Below are positions 9,709-20,110 of a DNA stretch of 64,000 nucleotides, in pieces. Each line of letters begins with the position of its first letter. The stretch's first letter is position 1. A model generated the notes under the pieces. The model was not told where the DNA came from, did not search any database, and saw nothing but the letters and a program-made list of their open reading frames with translations. This stretch comes from Anaeromyxobacter sp. (GTDB taxonomy: Bacteria; Myxococcota; Myxococcia; Myxococcales; Anaeromyxobacteraceae), in NCBI GenBank assembly GCA_046351695.1, contig JAXLYA010000004.1, positions 171,265 to 235,264 on the forward strand. Reading direction: 5' to 3'. A program made the position numbers and the translations under genes.

Positions 9709-11268
9709 CTAGGCGCGCCGCCTCCCGGAGCGGGTCGCGAGCGCGGCCAGCCGCTCGCGCGAGCGGACGTCCGACCAGAGGGTGGTCAGGTCCATCGGCA
9801 TCCGGTAGGTCCAGTTCGCGTCGGTGACGGTGCCCGGCACGTTCACGCGCTCGCGCGCGCCCATCGCGTCCTGGAAGGGAAGGAGCAGGAGGTCGCTCCC
9901 CGCCCCGTAGACCATGTCGAGGAGCGCGTCGCGCACGCCCTCGTCGAAGCGCACCGGCGCGCGCTCGCGGACCGGCGCGAGCGCCGGCACCTGGAGGAGG
10001 GCCCGGCGCTCGTCGTCCTTCAGCGACTCGTACCAGTCGGCGACCGAGTCGGTGTCGTGCGTGCCGGTCGTGGCGACCGAGAGCGGGGCCCAGCCGGCGG
10101 GATCGGTGAACGGCTGGCCGGCGTCGTGCCAGGCGCGCTCCCAGCGCTGCACCTTGTAGCCGGGGATGCCGAGGCGCAGGAGCGACGCGCGCACGAAGTC
10201 CGGCACGACGCCGAGGTCCTCGGCGATGACCCGCGCGCCCTTCGCGAAGATGCCGAGCACCTGCTCGCCGTTCCGGATCTGCGCCGGCTCGCTGTCCGGC
10301 ACGAACCGCGGTGCGCTCCCGTCGTTCGGGAACGTGTAGGTGCGGTACAGCCCGACGACGTGGTCGACGCGGTAGACGTCGTAGAGGTCGGCCATCCGGT
10401 GCGCCCGGGCGGACAGCCACGGGTAGCCCTCGCGGTCCATGACGTCCCAGCGGTAGACCGGCAGGCCCCAGTCCTGGCCCGTCGCGCTGAACGCGTCGGG
10501 CGGCACGCCCACGCGCGCGTCCATGCGGAAGTCGCCGCGGCGCGACCAGACGTCGGCGGAGTCGCCGGCGACCATGAAGGGCAGGTCGCCCGCGAGGTCC
10601 ACGCCGGCCGCGTTGACGCCCTTCCTCGCCTCGCGCCACTGCAGGTCGAGCTGCCACTGCACCCAGGAGAGGAACAGGATCTTCCGGGCGTGGCGCCCGC
10701 GGGCCTCGTCGAGCGCCGCGGCCTGCCGCTCGCGCAGCGGCTCCGGCCACTCGGTCCAGGGGCGCCCGCCGAAGTCGTCGTCGTGGAGCGCGACGAAGAG
10801 CGCGTAGTCGGGCAGCCAGGCCGCGTTCTCCTTCACGAAGGCCTCGAGGGCCTTCGCGCGCGCGGTCCTCTTCTTCCACTCGTCGCGCTCGAAGCGGTCG
10901 AACGCGAGCGAGAGCGCCCGGCCCTTCAGCGCCCGGACGTCCGCCCAGCGGACCTTCGGGGAGGCGCGCACCTCGGCGAGGAGGCGCCGGTCGTAGTCGG
11001 TGAGCGCGGCCTCGCCGCCGGCCGCGTCGAGGTCGGGCAGCGCGGCGAGCGCCACGTAGACCGGGTCGAGCGCGAACGCGGAGAGCGCGCCGTAGGGCGA
11101 GTCCTGCCCGCGCGAGGCCTCGTTGACCGGCAGCACCTGCACCATGGAGAACCCGGCCGCGGCGGCCCAGCGGGCGAAGGGCACGAGGTCGGGGATCTCG
11201 CCGACGCCGGCGTCGGTCGCGGAGCGGAGGGAGAAGAGCGGGATGAGGACGCCGGCCTGACGTGGCAT
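9709..11268 (-). CDS. malQ: 4-alpha-glucanotransferase (amylomaltase, GH77)
   Basis: MPRQAGVLIPLFSLRS...GVGEIPDL...VQVLPVNE...SPYGALSAFALDPVY, then YRVDHVVGL and TGTHDTD motifs typical of MalQ. Confidence 0.9.
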   Translation of the reverse strand: MPRQAGVLIPLFSLRSATDAGVGEIPDLVPFARWAAAAGFSMVQVLPVNEASRGQDSPYGALSAFALDPVYVALAALPDLDAAGGEAALTDYDRRLLAEVRASPKVRWADVRALKGRALSLAFDRFERDEWKKRTARAKALEAFVKENAAWLPDYALFVALHDDDFGGRPWTEWPEPLRERQAAALDEARGRHARKILFLSWVQWQLDLQWREARKGVNAAGVDLAGDLPFMVAGDSADVWSRRGDFRMDARVGVPPDAFSATGQDWGLPVYRWDVMDREGYPWLSARAHRMADLYDVYRVDHVVGLYRTYTFPNDGSAPRFVPDSEPAQIRNGEQVLGIFAKGARVIAEDLGVVPDFVRASLLRLGIPGYKVQRWERAWHDAGQPFTDPAGWAPLSVATTGTHDTDSVADWYESLKDDERRALLQVPALAPVRERAPVRFDEGVRDALLDMVYGAGSDLLLLPFQDAMGARERVNVPGTVTDANWTYRMPMDLTTLWSDVRSRERLAALATRSGRRRA

Positions 11269-11374
11269 GTGACCCGGGTGCTCCTGCGGGCGGCGGCCCG
11301 GAAGCCGGGCTTGTCTCCGCCGAGGGTGCCGGCATTATCAGGCCTCCAGCCCATCCGGCACCACTCGTTCGGGT

Positions 11375-12346
11375 ATGAGCCAGACTTCACGCGGTCGTTT
11401 CGCCCCGTCGCCGACGGGCCCCCTCCACCTCGGGAACGCCCGGACGGCGCTCCTGTCCTGGCTCGACGCGCGCGCGCGGGGCGGCGCGTACGCGATGCGC
11501 GTGGAGGATCTCGACGGCCCCCGGGTGCGCCCCGGGCTCGAGGCCCGCATCCTCGCGGAGCTGCGCTGGCTCGGCCTCGACTGGGACGAAGGGCCGGACG
11601 TGGGCGGCGTCGCGGCGCCCTACCGGCAGTCGCAGCGCACCGGGCGCTACGAGGAGGCCCTCGAGCGGCTGCGGTCGGCGGGGCAGGCGTACCCGTGCTT
11701 CTGCTCGCGCGCCGAGATCGCGCTCGCGAGCCAGGCGCCGCATGGTCCCTCCGACGAGGGGCCGCGCTACCCCGGCACGTGCAGCCGGCTCGCGCCGGAG
11801 GAGGTCCGGGCCCGCGCCGCGGCGCGCCGGCCGGCGTGGCGGCTCCGCGCCCCGGAGGGCGAGATCGCGTTCGAGGACGGCGTGCACGGGCCGCAGCGCT
11901 TCGACGTCGCCGCCACCGTGGGCGACTTCGTCGTCATGCGGGCCGACGGCGTCGCCGCCTACCAGCTCGCGGTCGCGGTGGACGACGCCGCGATGGCGGT
12001 GACGGACGTCGTGCGCGGCGACGACCTCCTCTCGTCCACCGCGCGCCAGCTCCTCGTGCTCTCCGCGCTCGGGCTCCGGGCACCGCGGTACGGCCACGTG
12101 CCGCTCCTCCTCGGCGAGGACGGGCAGCGGCTCGCGAAGCGCCACGGGGCGCGGTCGCTCGGGGAGCTGCGGGAGGCCGGCGCGGATCCGCGGGCGGTGG
12201 TGGGCCTGCTCGCCGCCTCCGCCGGGCTCGCGGAGCCGGGGGCGCGCCTGTGGCCGTCCGAGCTCGTGGCCGGGTTCTCGCTGGCGCGGATCGGCCGGGC
12301 GGCCGCCGTGCTGCGGACCGCCGACGTCGAGGCGCTCGTGCGGTAG
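11375..12346 (+). CDS. gluQ: Glutamyl-Q tRNA(Asp) synthetase (GluQRS/YadB)
   Basis: GRFAPSPTGPLHLGNARTAL (HIGH-type motif), RVEDLD, YRQSQR, a C-x-C cluster (YPCFCSR) and a KLAKRHG-like LAKRHG (KMSKS equivalent). About 320 aa, with no anticodon-binding domain. Confidence 0.9.
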   Translation: MSQTSRGRFAPSPTGPLHLGNARTALLSWLDARARGGAYAMRVEDLDGPRVRPGLEARILAELRWLGLDWDEGPDVGGVAAPYRQSQRTGRYEEALERLRSAGQAYPCFCSRAEIALASQAPHGPSDEGPRYPGTCSRLAPEEVRARAAARRPAWRLRAPEGEIAFEDGVHGPQRFDVAATVGDFVVMRADGVAAYQLAVAVDDAAMAVTDVVRGDDLLSSTARQLLVLSALGLRAPRYGHVPLLLGEDGQRLAKRHGARSLGELREAGADPRAVVGLLAASAGLAEPGARLWPSELVAGFSLARIGRAAAVLRTADVEALVR

Positions 12347-12359
12347 AGTCGACGTCCCG

Positions 12360-12941
12360 ATGGCGCTCCTCCGATCGAAGACCCCGGACGGCTGGCTCGA
12401 CGTCGCGCTCGGCGCGATGGACCTCACGCTCTCCGACCACGCCCACCTCGAGAAGAAGGCCGCGGCGAGCGCGCTCAAGCTCGTCGCCGACCACCCGGAC
12501 CGGCCCGGGCTCGTGCGCCCGCTCGCGAAGCTCGCGCAGGAGGAGCTGCAGCACTTCCTCGCGGTGCTCACCGAGCTCGGCCGCCTCGGCCACCCGCTCC
12601 GGCCGGACGAGGGCGACCCCTACGCGCAAGAGCTCCGCCGGCTCGTGCGCAGCGGCGGGGTGGAGCGGCTCGTGGATCGCCTGCTCGTGGGCGCGCTCAT
12701 CGAGGCGCGCTCCTGCGAGCGGCTGTTCCTGCTCGCGGAGGGGCTCGCGCGGCCGGGCGGCGACCCCCGGCTCGCCGAGCTCTACGACCGGCTCGCGCGG
12801 AGCGAGGGCGGGCACGAGACGCTGTTCCTCGACCTCGCCCGCGAGGTCGGCGGCGCGGCGGCCGACGCGCGGGCCGACGCGATGGCGGAGGCGGAGGCGA
12901 GGATCGTGGCGGAGCTGCCGGTCCTCGCCCGGATCCACTAG
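12360..12941 (+). CDS. miaE: tRNA-(ms2io6A37)-hydroxylase MiaE (non-heme diiron)
   Basis: [12 protein letters not shown]...EELQHF...IEARSCERF-like ([10 protein letters not shown]) ...EGGHE: the duplicated E..H diiron ligands of the MiaE family. About 190 aa. Confidence 0.8.
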   Translation: MALLRSKTPDGWLDVALGAMDLTLSDHAHLEKKAAASALKLVADHPDRPGLVRPLAKLAQEELQHFLAVLTELGRLGHPLRPDEGDPYAQELRRLVRSGGVERLVDRLLVGALIEARSCERLFLLAEGLARPGGDPRLAELYDRLARSEGGHETLFLDLAREVGGAAADARADAMAEAEARIVAELPVLARIH

Positions 12942-15553
12942 CGGCGGACTTCCAGCCCCTGCTCTCCGGCCTCCTCGAACGCGGCCGGGTGCGGAACGTC
13001 GTCGCCCGGAGCGTCGCCCTGCTGCTCGTCGCCGAGCTTGAACTCGTTGACGAGCGCCTGGAGCGTCGCCGCCTGCGAGGACAGCTCGGCGGCGGCGGAG
13101 GAGGACTCCTCGGCGGACGCGGCGTTCTGCTGGGTCACCTTGTCCATCTCGAGGATCGACTGGCCCACCCCGGCGACGCCCTTCGCCTGGTCGCCCGTCG
13201 CGGCGGCGATCTTCTCCACGAGGCCGGTCACCTCGCCCACGCCGCTCACGATGCGCCCGAGCCGCTCGCCGACGAGCTTCGAGGCGGCGTCGCCGGCGTT
13301 CGCGTGCTGCACCGACTCCTCGATGAGCTGGGAGGTGTGCCGCGCGGCGGTCTTCGCGCGCAGGGCGAGGTTCCGCACCTCCTCGGCGACGACCGCGAAG
13401 CCCCGGCCGGCCTCGCCGGCCCGGGCGGCCTCCACGGCGGCGTTGAGCGCGAGGAGGTTCGTCTGGAAGGCGATGTCGTCGATGTCGCGGATGATCCGGC
13501 GCGTGCCGTCGGCGCCGATGCGGATCTTCTCCATGACCGCCTGCATCTCGGACATCGCGGCGGCGCCCTCGGTGGCGTGCTCTCGGGCGGCGCGCGCGAG
13601 GCCGTTCGCGCTGGCGGCGCTCGCCGCGGACTCGCGGGTGGAGCGCTCGACCGTGGAGATGGTGGAGGTGGTCTCCTCGAGCGCGGCGGCCTGCTGCGAC
13701 GCGCCCGCGGCGACCGCCTGCGAGGACGAGGCGATCTGGGCGGCGGCGCCGTTCACCTGGGAGGCCGCGTCGGCGACCTTGCGGATGGCCGTCTGGAGCG
13801 CCTCGGCGGTGGAGTTCACCGCGCCGGAGAGCCGGGCGTGGTCGCCCATGAAGAACCCCTCGACGCGCGCGGTGAGGTCGTGCCTCGCGAGCCGCTCGAG
13901 CGCCTCGGTGGCCGCGGTGCTCGTGGTGGTGACGCCGTCGAGCACGCTGTTCATGCCGTCGATGATGGCCCGGTAGTCTCCGGCGTGCCGGGACGGGTCG
14001 GCGCGCTGGGAGAGCATGCCGAGCTCGGCGGCGCTTGCGAGGTTCGAGACGTCCTCGAGGAGCCGGCCGATGGCGTCGCCGCTCGCGATGAGCCCCTCCT
14101 TCAGCGGCGCGAGGTCGCCCCGGAATTCGATGTCGAGCGCGGGCGGCCGCACCCCGTGGCCGAGCGACTCGACGAAGCGGGTCGCGGCGACGGTCGGGCC
14201 CGCGAGGGCCTCGAGCGCGCCGTTGATGCCGTCGACGATGGCGCCGTAGTCGCCGGGGTGGCGCGAGGCGTCGGCGCGCACGTCGAGCCGGCCCTCGCGC
14301 GCGGCGTCGGCGAGGTGGCCCGCGTCGTCCACGAGGGCCTCGAGCGAGTCGATGCAGCGGTCGAGGTTGGCCTTCAGCCCGGCGAAGTCGCCGCGCCAGG
14401 CGGTGTTGGTGGGCGAGGGGATGCGGCCCTCGGCGAGCTCGGCGACCGCGGCGGCGGACGCCTGGATCGGCCCGACGACGGCGTCGAGCGTGTCGTTCAC
14501 GCCCTTCACGATGCGGCGGAAGTCACCCTGGTGGCGAGAGATGTCGGCCCGCTCCGAGAGGCGGCCCTCCACGCCCGCGGCGGCGAGGGTCGTCGAGTCC
14601 TCGACGAGCGCGTTCACGGCGTCGATGCAGCGGTTGAGCGAGGCCCTGAGCTCGTCGAAGTCGCCCGGGTAGGGCTCCTCGATGCGCCCGGGCACGTCGC
14701 CGCGGGAGAGCCGGTCGAGGCTGGCGCCGGCGAGGTAGAGCGGCTCGACGAACGCGTCGAGCGCGGCGTTCTGGTCCTGGATGGCGGACCTGAAGTCGGG
14801 GTGGACCTTCTCCGGGTCGGCGCGGTCGCCGAGCCGGCCGGCCGCGATGGCCTCGGCGGCGCTGCGGCTCGCCTGGGAGATGCCCTTCACGGCGTCGGAA
14901 ACGGTCCGCGAGAGCTGCCAGGCGACGAAGCCCGCGAACCCGCCGAGGAGCACGAGGCCGGCGAGCGTCAGCCACGCGCTCCCGACCAGCGTGCGGTGCG
15001 CCTCGGTCTCCATCGCGGCCGCGCGCTCCGAGAGCAGCTTCACGAGGGCGTCGGAGGCGATGCGGTGCCGGGCGTAGGCGGCCTTCGCGGCGTCGAGCGC
15101 CGCGAGCGCCTTCATCGCGTCGGAGTCGTCCATCGCCTTCGCGAGCTCGGCGCTCTTCGCGAAGACCACCGCGGCGGGCTCGTGGGCGGCCTCGAGCGCG
15201 GCGGCGAGGTCGGCGTCGAGCCCCGTGGAGCGCCAGTGCGCGACCGCGTCCTCGTGGGCCTGCCGGTGGCGGGCGATGGCCTCGACGATGACGGTGCGCT
15301 TCGCGGGGTCGTACTCCTGCGCGAGCTTGAGCAGCTCGCCGTGGGTCTCGAGCGCATAGAGCGGCGGCGGCGCCACGTCGGCGATGAACTCCTTCGAGGC
15401 GACCACGCGGCGGTAGAGCGACCCGCCGACGGCCACCTTCAGCGCGGGCACGTAGACGATGGCCGCGGCGGCGATCATCCCGCCGACCACGAGGAGCGCG
15501 AGCGCCTGGACGGCGCGGGCGAGGGAGAGGCGGTCGAGAAGGGTGAGGCGCAT
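12938..15553 (-). CDS. Methyl-accepting chemotaxis protein with a long poly-HAMP array
   Basis: Start [11 protein letters not shown] at 15553, preceded by a GGTGGAGG SD. It has two TM segments and about eight HAMP-like units of alternating flavour ([20 protein letters not shown] / [17 protein letters not shown] ...). The conserved signalling hairpin is [37 protein letters not shown]. Confidence 0.9.
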   Translation of the reverse strand: MRLTLLDRLSLARAVQALALLVVGGMIAAAAIVYVPALKVAVGGSLYRRVVASKEFIADVAPPPLYALETHGELLKLAQEYDPAKRTVIVEAIARHRQAHEDAVAHWRSTGLDADLAAALEAAHEPAAVVFAKSAELAKAMDDSDAMKALAALDAAKAAYARHRIASDALVKLLSERAAAMETEAHRTLVGSAWLTLAGLVLLGGFAGFVAWQLSRTVSDAVKGISQASRSAAEAIAAGRLGDRADPEKVHPDFRSAIQDQNAALDAFVEPLYLAGASLDRLSRGDVPGRIEEPYPGDFDELRASLNRCIDAVNALVEDSTTLAAAGVEGRLSERADISRHQGDFRRIVKGVNDTLDAVVGPIQASAAAVAELAEGRIPSPTNTAWRGDFAGLKANLDRCIDSLEALVDDAGHLADAAREGRLDVRADASRHPGDYGAIVDGINGALEALAGPTVAATRFVESLGHGVRPPALDIEFRGDLAPLKEGLIASGDAIGRLLEDVSNLASAAELGMLSQRADPSRHAGDYRAIIDGMNSVLDGVTTTSTAATEALERLARHDLTARVEGFFMGDHARLSGAVNSTAEALQTAIRKVADAASQVNGAAAQIASSSQAVAAGASQQAAALEETTSTISTVERSTRESAASAASANGLARAAREHATEGAAAMSEMQAVMEKIRIGADGTRRIIRDIDDIAFQTNLLALNAAVEAARAGEAGRGFAVVAEEVRNLALRAKTAARHTSQLIEESVQHANAGDAASKLVGERLGRIVSGVGEVTGLVEKIAAATGDQAKGVAGVGQSILEMDKVTQQNAASAEESSSAAAELSSQAATLQALVNEFKLGDEQQGDAPGDDVPHPAAFEEAGEQGLEVRR

Positions 15554-15585
15554 GGGGGGACGCGGACCTCCACCCCCCGCTGATC

Positions 15586-15600
15586 GCACGAACCCTGCCA
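15586..15600 (-). promoter_or_regulatory. Candidate sigma-54 (-24/-12) promoter for the MCP gene
   Basis: The minus strand reads TGGCAGGGTTCGTGC against the consensus TGGCACG-N4-TTGC(A/T). The GG/GC spacing is exact, and the element lies about 32 nt upstream of the ATG at 15553. Confidence 0.35.
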
Positions 15601-15685
15601 GCCCGGGCGCAGCTGAACCGTCCGTAATTCTTGCCGCTTTACTGTGTGACCGCGGGTTCGTGCAACCCCGGGGTGCCCTCCGCGC

Positions 15686-18382
15686 CTACCGGACCGGCCT
15701 CCCATCGCCGTCGAGCAGCGCCGGCGCGGGCAGCCCGGCCTTCTCGAGCTGCGGCAGGATGGCCTTGCGGTCCCCGACGAGCACGATGGTCATTCCGTCG
15801 AGTGAAAACGTGCCGTCCTTCGCGGTGGTCGCGGCCTTCGCCGCGTCGACCGCCGAGAGCGCGTCGGCATCCCGCCGGAGCGCGTCCGGCGGGTGGCCGT
15901 TCATCGCCGCGCGCGCGAGGAGCTCGCCGAGCCCCTGCGTGGTCTGCGCCTGCTCGACCATGCGGAACCGCAGGCTCTCCTTCACCTTCACGAGCTCCGC
16001 CTCGGGGAGCCCCGCCGCGAGCGCGCCGAGCTCCTTCTTGATCTCGACGAGCGCCGGCCCGGTCACCTCGGTCTGCACCGAGGTCGAGACGACGAACGTG
16101 GTCTGGACCCCGTCCTCGAGGACCCGGCTGCTCGCGCCGTAGGTGTACCCGTTCTTCTCGCGCAGGTTCTGGTTGAGGCGCGAGGTGAACGAGCCGCCGA
16201 GCGCGGTGTTGACCGCCTCGCGGGTGAGGCGCGCGACGTCGTCGGCGCGCGCGACGGGCCGGGCGACCTGGATCACCGTCTGCGGCGCGCCGGGCCGGTC
16301 CACGAGGAACCAGCGCCCGCCCTGCGCGGCCGTGATCGGGGCGGGCGGCGAGGCGGCGGCGGGGCCGCGCGCCTGCCACTTCCCGAAGCGGGCCTCGAGC
16401 GCCGCCTTCACCGCGGCGGGCTCGACGTCGCCCACCACCACGATGACCGCGCCGCGCGGGTCGAGGAGCCGCGGGGCGAGCGCGCGGACGTCGGCGGGCG
16501 TCGCCGCGGCGAGCGTGCGCGCGTAGCCGTCGGTGGGCCGGCCGCGGTAGTCCTCGGGGCCGTAGAGCGTCGCCGCCGTCGCGACCGCGGCCACCGCGCG
16601 CGGCTCCGCGGCGCGGGCCTCGGCGCGGCTCCTCGCGAGGTCGAGCTCGCGCTCGACGTCGGCCTGCGCGAGGTTGGGGCGGAGGACCGCGTCGGCGACG
16701 AGGTCGAGCGTCGGCCCGAGCTTCGCCGCGAGGCCGATGAAGGAGAGGTCGATCGCGTTGCGGGTGGCCTTCGCCTCCGCCTGCGCGCCGAGCGTGCGGA
16801 TGGCGTCGGCCCACTCCGGAGCGCTCTTCCCGCCGGCGCCGGAGACGAGGAGCGCGGCCACCACCGAGGCGAGGCCGGACCTCTCGGCCGGCACGAGCCG
16901 CTCGCCGCCCGCCGCGAGGACGTGGCCGGAGACGAGCCCGCTCCCGGGCTGCCGGACGATCCGGAGCTCGACGCCGTTCGAGAGCTTCGCGACCTCCGGC
17001 GCCGGGGCGCTGAACTTCCCGGGCGCGAGGTCGGCCGGGCGCTGGTCGGGGATCGCCGCCACCACGTCGGAGGCCGGGTACACGCGCAGGTCGAGGCGCC
17101 CCTCGCCGAGCGAGCGGGCCGCGTCCTTCACGCCCGCGGCGGTCGCCCCGGTGTAGCGGGCGAGGTCGCGGTCGAACGCGTCCGGCTCGCCGAAGAAGGC
17201 CAGGTACTGGTTCATCCGGTCCGCGCGGCGGAGCAGCTGCTCCTTCTCCACGCGGAAGCGGGTCTCCATGCCCGCCTTCACGCGCGTCAGCTCGGCGGGC
17301 GTCGGGCCCTTCGCCGCGAGGTCGGCCACGACCGCGAGCGTCTCGCGCTTCACGCGCTCGAGGTCCGCGCCCGGCACGCCCGTCACGTCGATGCGGAACC
17401 GCGACTGCAGCAGGTTCTCCTCGAAGGTGGCGCTGACCTCGGTCGCGAGCCGGAGCTCCTGCACGAGCCGGCGGTCGAGCCGGGAGGACGGCCCCTCGGA
17501 GAGGATGAGCGAGAGGAGATCCCGCTCGGCGGCGCCCGGCGCGAACTGCGGGGGGCCGTGCCAGACGAGGGTCAGGCGGGGGAGCTCCACCTTGTCGGAG
17601 ACCACCCGGCGGATCTCGTGGTCGAGCGTCACGGGCGCCGGGCGCGGGTGCGTCGGGGCGCCCCGGTTCGGGACCGCGCCGAACATCGCCTCGACCATCG
17701 GGCGCACCTTCTCCGGATCGAAGTCACCGGCCACGACGAGCGTCGCGTTGCCGGGCACGTAGTGCTGGCGGAAGAACGCGGTGACGTCGTCGACGGAGGC
17801 CGCCTGGAGGTCGGCGTGCGAGCCGATGACCGGGTGGTGGTACGGGTGGCCCTCCGGGTACATCACGTCCGGGATGACGAGCTCGGAGGCGCCGTACGGC
17901 GTGTTCTCGTACGACTGGCGCCGCTCGTTCCGCACGACGTCGCGCTGCAGGTCGACCTTCTCCTTCGTCATCGCCTGGTCGAGCGTGGCGAAGCGGTCCG
18001 CGTCCAGCCAGAGGAGGGTGGGCAGGAGCGACGAGGGACCGAACGAGTAGTAGTTCGTCCGGTCCTCGGTCGTGGAGGCGTTGTTGGCGCCGCCGCCGCC
18101 CTCCATGATCACGTCGAACTGGTTCCCGGGCACCCGCTTCGTGCCCATGAACATGAGGTGCTCGAAGAGGTGCGCGAAGCCCGTGCGCCCGGGCACCTCG
18201 TCCTTCGAGCCGACGTGGAACCACGTGTTCACGACGACCTGGGGCAGCCGGTGGTCGGGGTGGAGCACGACCGTCAGGCCGTTCGGCAGCGTGAAGGTGT
18301 GGAGCTCGAGCCTTGCCGGGGCGGGTGCGCTGGACGGCGCAGGGGCGAGCAGCGTGACGGCGAGTGCGAGCGGTGCGAGCAC
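15686..18382 (-). CDS. Secreted zinc metallopeptidase, M16 (pitrilysin/insulinase) family, two fused M16 modules
   Basis: Inverted zinc motif HLFEHLMFMGT (HxxEH). The likely start is the GTG at 18382 (VLAPLALAVTLLAPAPS signal peptide, GGAGG 4 nt upstream). The 60 codons further upstream in the track ORF are G/E/R-rich. Confidence 0.85.
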   Translation of the reverse strand: MLAPLALAVTLLAPAPSSAPAPARLELHTFTLPNGLTVVLHPDHRLPQVVVNTWFHVGSKDEVPGRTGFAHLFEHLMFMGTKRVPGNQFDVIMEGGGGANNASTTEDRTNYYSFGPSSLLPTLLWLDADRFATLDQAMTKEKVDLQRDVVRNERRQSYENTPYGASELVIPDVMYPEGHPYHHPVIGSHADLQAASVDDVTAFFRQHYVPGNATLVVAGDFDPEKVRPMVEAMFGAVPNRGAPTHPRPAPVTLDHEIRRVVSDKVELPRLTLVWHGPPQFAPGAAERDLLSLILSEGPSSRLDRRLVQELRLATEVSATFEENLLQSRFRIDVTGVPGADLERVKRETLAVVADLAAKGPTPAELTRVKAGMETRFRVEKEQLLRRADRMNQYLAFFGEPDAFDRDLARYTGATAAGVKDAARSLGEGRLDLRVYPASDVVAAIPDQRPADLAPGKFSAPAPEVAKLSNGVELRIVRQPGSGLVSGHVLAAGGERLVPAERSGLASVVAALLVSGAGGKSAPEWADAIRTLGAQAEAKATRNAIDLSFIGLAAKLGPTLDLVADAVLRPNLAQADVERELDLARSRAEARAAEPRAVAAVATAATLYGPEDYRGRPTDGYARTLAAATPADVRALAPRLLDPRGAVIVVVGDVEPAAVKAALEARFGKWQARGPAAASPPAPITAAQGGRWFLVDRPGAPQTVIQVARPVARADDVARLTREAVNTALGGSFTSRLNQNLREKNGYTYGASSRVLEDGVQTTFVVSTSVQTEVTGPALVEIKKELGALAAGLPEAELVKVKESLRFRMVEQAQTTQGLGELLARAAMNGHPPDALRRDADALSAVDAAKAATTAKDGTFSLDGMTIVLVGDRKAILPQLEKAGLPAPALLDGDGRPVR

Positions 18383-18567
18383 ATGACCTCCGGACGGGGG
18401 GCGGGGCGGGGCGCCGCTACAGGGAGTACGGCCCGCCCGCGACGTGACATGGTAAAGGACCTCGTGCGCCAGCGCCTCGCATTCCTCGCCGCCGCCGCCG
18501 TGGGGCTCTTCCTCCTCGTGGCCGCCGCGCTCTTCGCCCTCTCCCGGGCCCTGGGGCCTCACCAGCC

Positions 18568-19926
18568 GTGACGCAGCCGACGAAGCCCCACATCACCGTC
18601 GAGGCCCGCGACTTCACCCGCTCCGCCCTGTGGGTCGCGCTCTACGTCCTCCTGGCGCTCTACCCGCTCCTGTGGCTCGCGGCGGTGCCGGTGCCGCGCG
18701 GCGCCACCTTCCGCGACGACCTCGGCGGCGCGCTCGGCTTCCTCGCCCTCTCGATGATGGCGATGCAGTTCCTCCTCACGGCGCGGTTCACCTGGCTCGC
18801 GCCCCCGTTCGGGACCGACCTCGTCTACGCGTTCCACCGGCACATCACCGCCGCGATGGTCGCGTTCGCGGTGCTCCACCCGCTCGTGCTCCTCGGCGGC
18901 GAGTTCTGGACCTGGTGGGAGATGCTCCTGCCGTGGGAGGCGCCCTGGGAGATCGGCGCGGGGGTGATCTCGCTCTACGCCCTCCTCGTCGTCTCGCTCA
19001 CGAGCTGGTTCCGCAAGCGCTGGAAGCTCCCGTACGACGGCTGGCGCAAGGTGCACGGCATCCTCGCGACCGTGGCGGTGGTGCTGGGGCTCTGGCACGG
19101 CCTCGCGGCGCAGCGGCTCCTCGAGGCGCCGGTGCTGCGCTGGCTCTGGCTCCTCTGGACGCTGGGCTGGGCGGCGCTCATCCTCCGCGTGCGCATGGCG
19201 AAGCCGCTCACGCTGCTGCGCCGGCCTTACGTCGTGCACGAGGTCCGGCAGGAGCCGGGCGACGCCGTCACCCTCGTGCTCGACCCGCACGGCCACCCCG
19301 GCTTCCGCTTCCGCTCGGGCCAGTTCGCCTGGCTCTCGGTCGGGAGCTCGCCGTTCGCCGCCGCCGAGCACCCGTTCTCGATCGCCTCGTCGAGCCAGCG
19401 CGCGCCGCGCGTCGAGATGCTCATCAAGGCCGCCGGCGACTTCACGCGCGGCCTCGCCGAGCGCGTGAAGGAGGGCGACCGGGCCTACGTCGACGGGCCC
19501 TTCGGCACGATGAGCATCGACGCGGTGCCGGACGAGGACGGGTACTGCTTCATCGCCGGGGGCGTCGGCCTCGCGCCGTGCCTCTCGATGATCCGCACGC
19601 TCGCCGACCGCGGCGACCGCCGCCAGCACGCGCTCGTCTACGCGACCGTCGAGTGGGACAAGACCCCACACATCGAGACGCTGAAGGCGCTCCAGGAGCG
19701 GCTCGCGCTGAAGGTCGTCCACGTCGTGGAGAAGCCCCCGCAGGGTTGGAGCGGCGAGTCGGGCTTCATCACGCAGGCGATGCTCGAGCGCGTCCTCCCG
19801 CTCGACGGCCGCCGCTCGTTCTTCATCTGCGGTCCGCCGCGCATGATGGACGTGGTGGAAAATGCGCTTGCACGGATGGGCGTCCCGCTCGGGCAGATCC
19901 ACTCGGAGCGGTTCGATCTGGTGTAG
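18568..19926 (+). CDS. Ferric-reductase-domain flavocytochrome (bacterial NOX/FRE homologue: 6-TM bis-heme domain fused to an FAD/NAD(P)H dehydrogenase domain)
   Basis: Two His pairs, each 14 residues apart in predicted TM helices (FHRHITAAMVAFAVLH; VHGILATVAVVLGLWH). FAD motif HPFSI, NAD(P)H motif AGGVGLAP, and C-terminal ICGPP. Confidence 0.8.
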   Translation: MTQPTKPHITVEARDFTRSALWVALYVLLALYPLLWLAAVPVPRGATFRDDLGGALGFLALSMMAMQFLLTARFTWLAPPFGTDLVYAFHRHITAAMVAFAVLHPLVLLGGEFWTWWEMLLPWEAPWEIGAGVISLYALLVVSLTSWFRKRWKLPYDGWRKVHGILATVAVVLGLWHGLAAQRLLEAPVLRWLWLLWTLGWAALILRVRMAKPLTLLRRPYVVHEVRQEPGDAVTLVLDPHGHPGFRFRSGQFAWLSVGSSPFAAAEHPFSIASSSQRAPRVEMLIKAAGDFTRGLAERVKEGDRAYVDGPFGTMSIDAVPDEDGYCFIAGGVGLAPCLSMIRTLADRGDRRQHALVYATVEWDKTPHIETLKALQERLALKVVHVVEKPPQGWSGESGFITQAMLERVLPLDGRRSFFICGPPRMMDVVENALARMGVPLGQIHSERFDLV

Positions 19927-20110
19927 CTGACGCACTGCACCGGCGGTGTACCCTCTCCGTGTCCACGGGCGACGGGACCCGGCGCTCCGTTGAAACACGC
20001 AACAGACCGTCTAGTGTCGGGCGCTCGCGCATGGAGACGCCCTCCCGCCCACCTCACCCGTTCGAAGCGGCCGGCTCTCGTACCTGCAGCTGCCGGCCGC
20101 CGACCTCGCC

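Noticed and set aside
9049-13041. 1330-aa plus-strand ORF spanning the malQ to miaE region
   Set aside because: Arg/Pro/Gly-rich nonsense composition. It overlaps malQ (antisense) and runs out of frame through gluQ and miaE, which have clear catalytic motifs in other frames.
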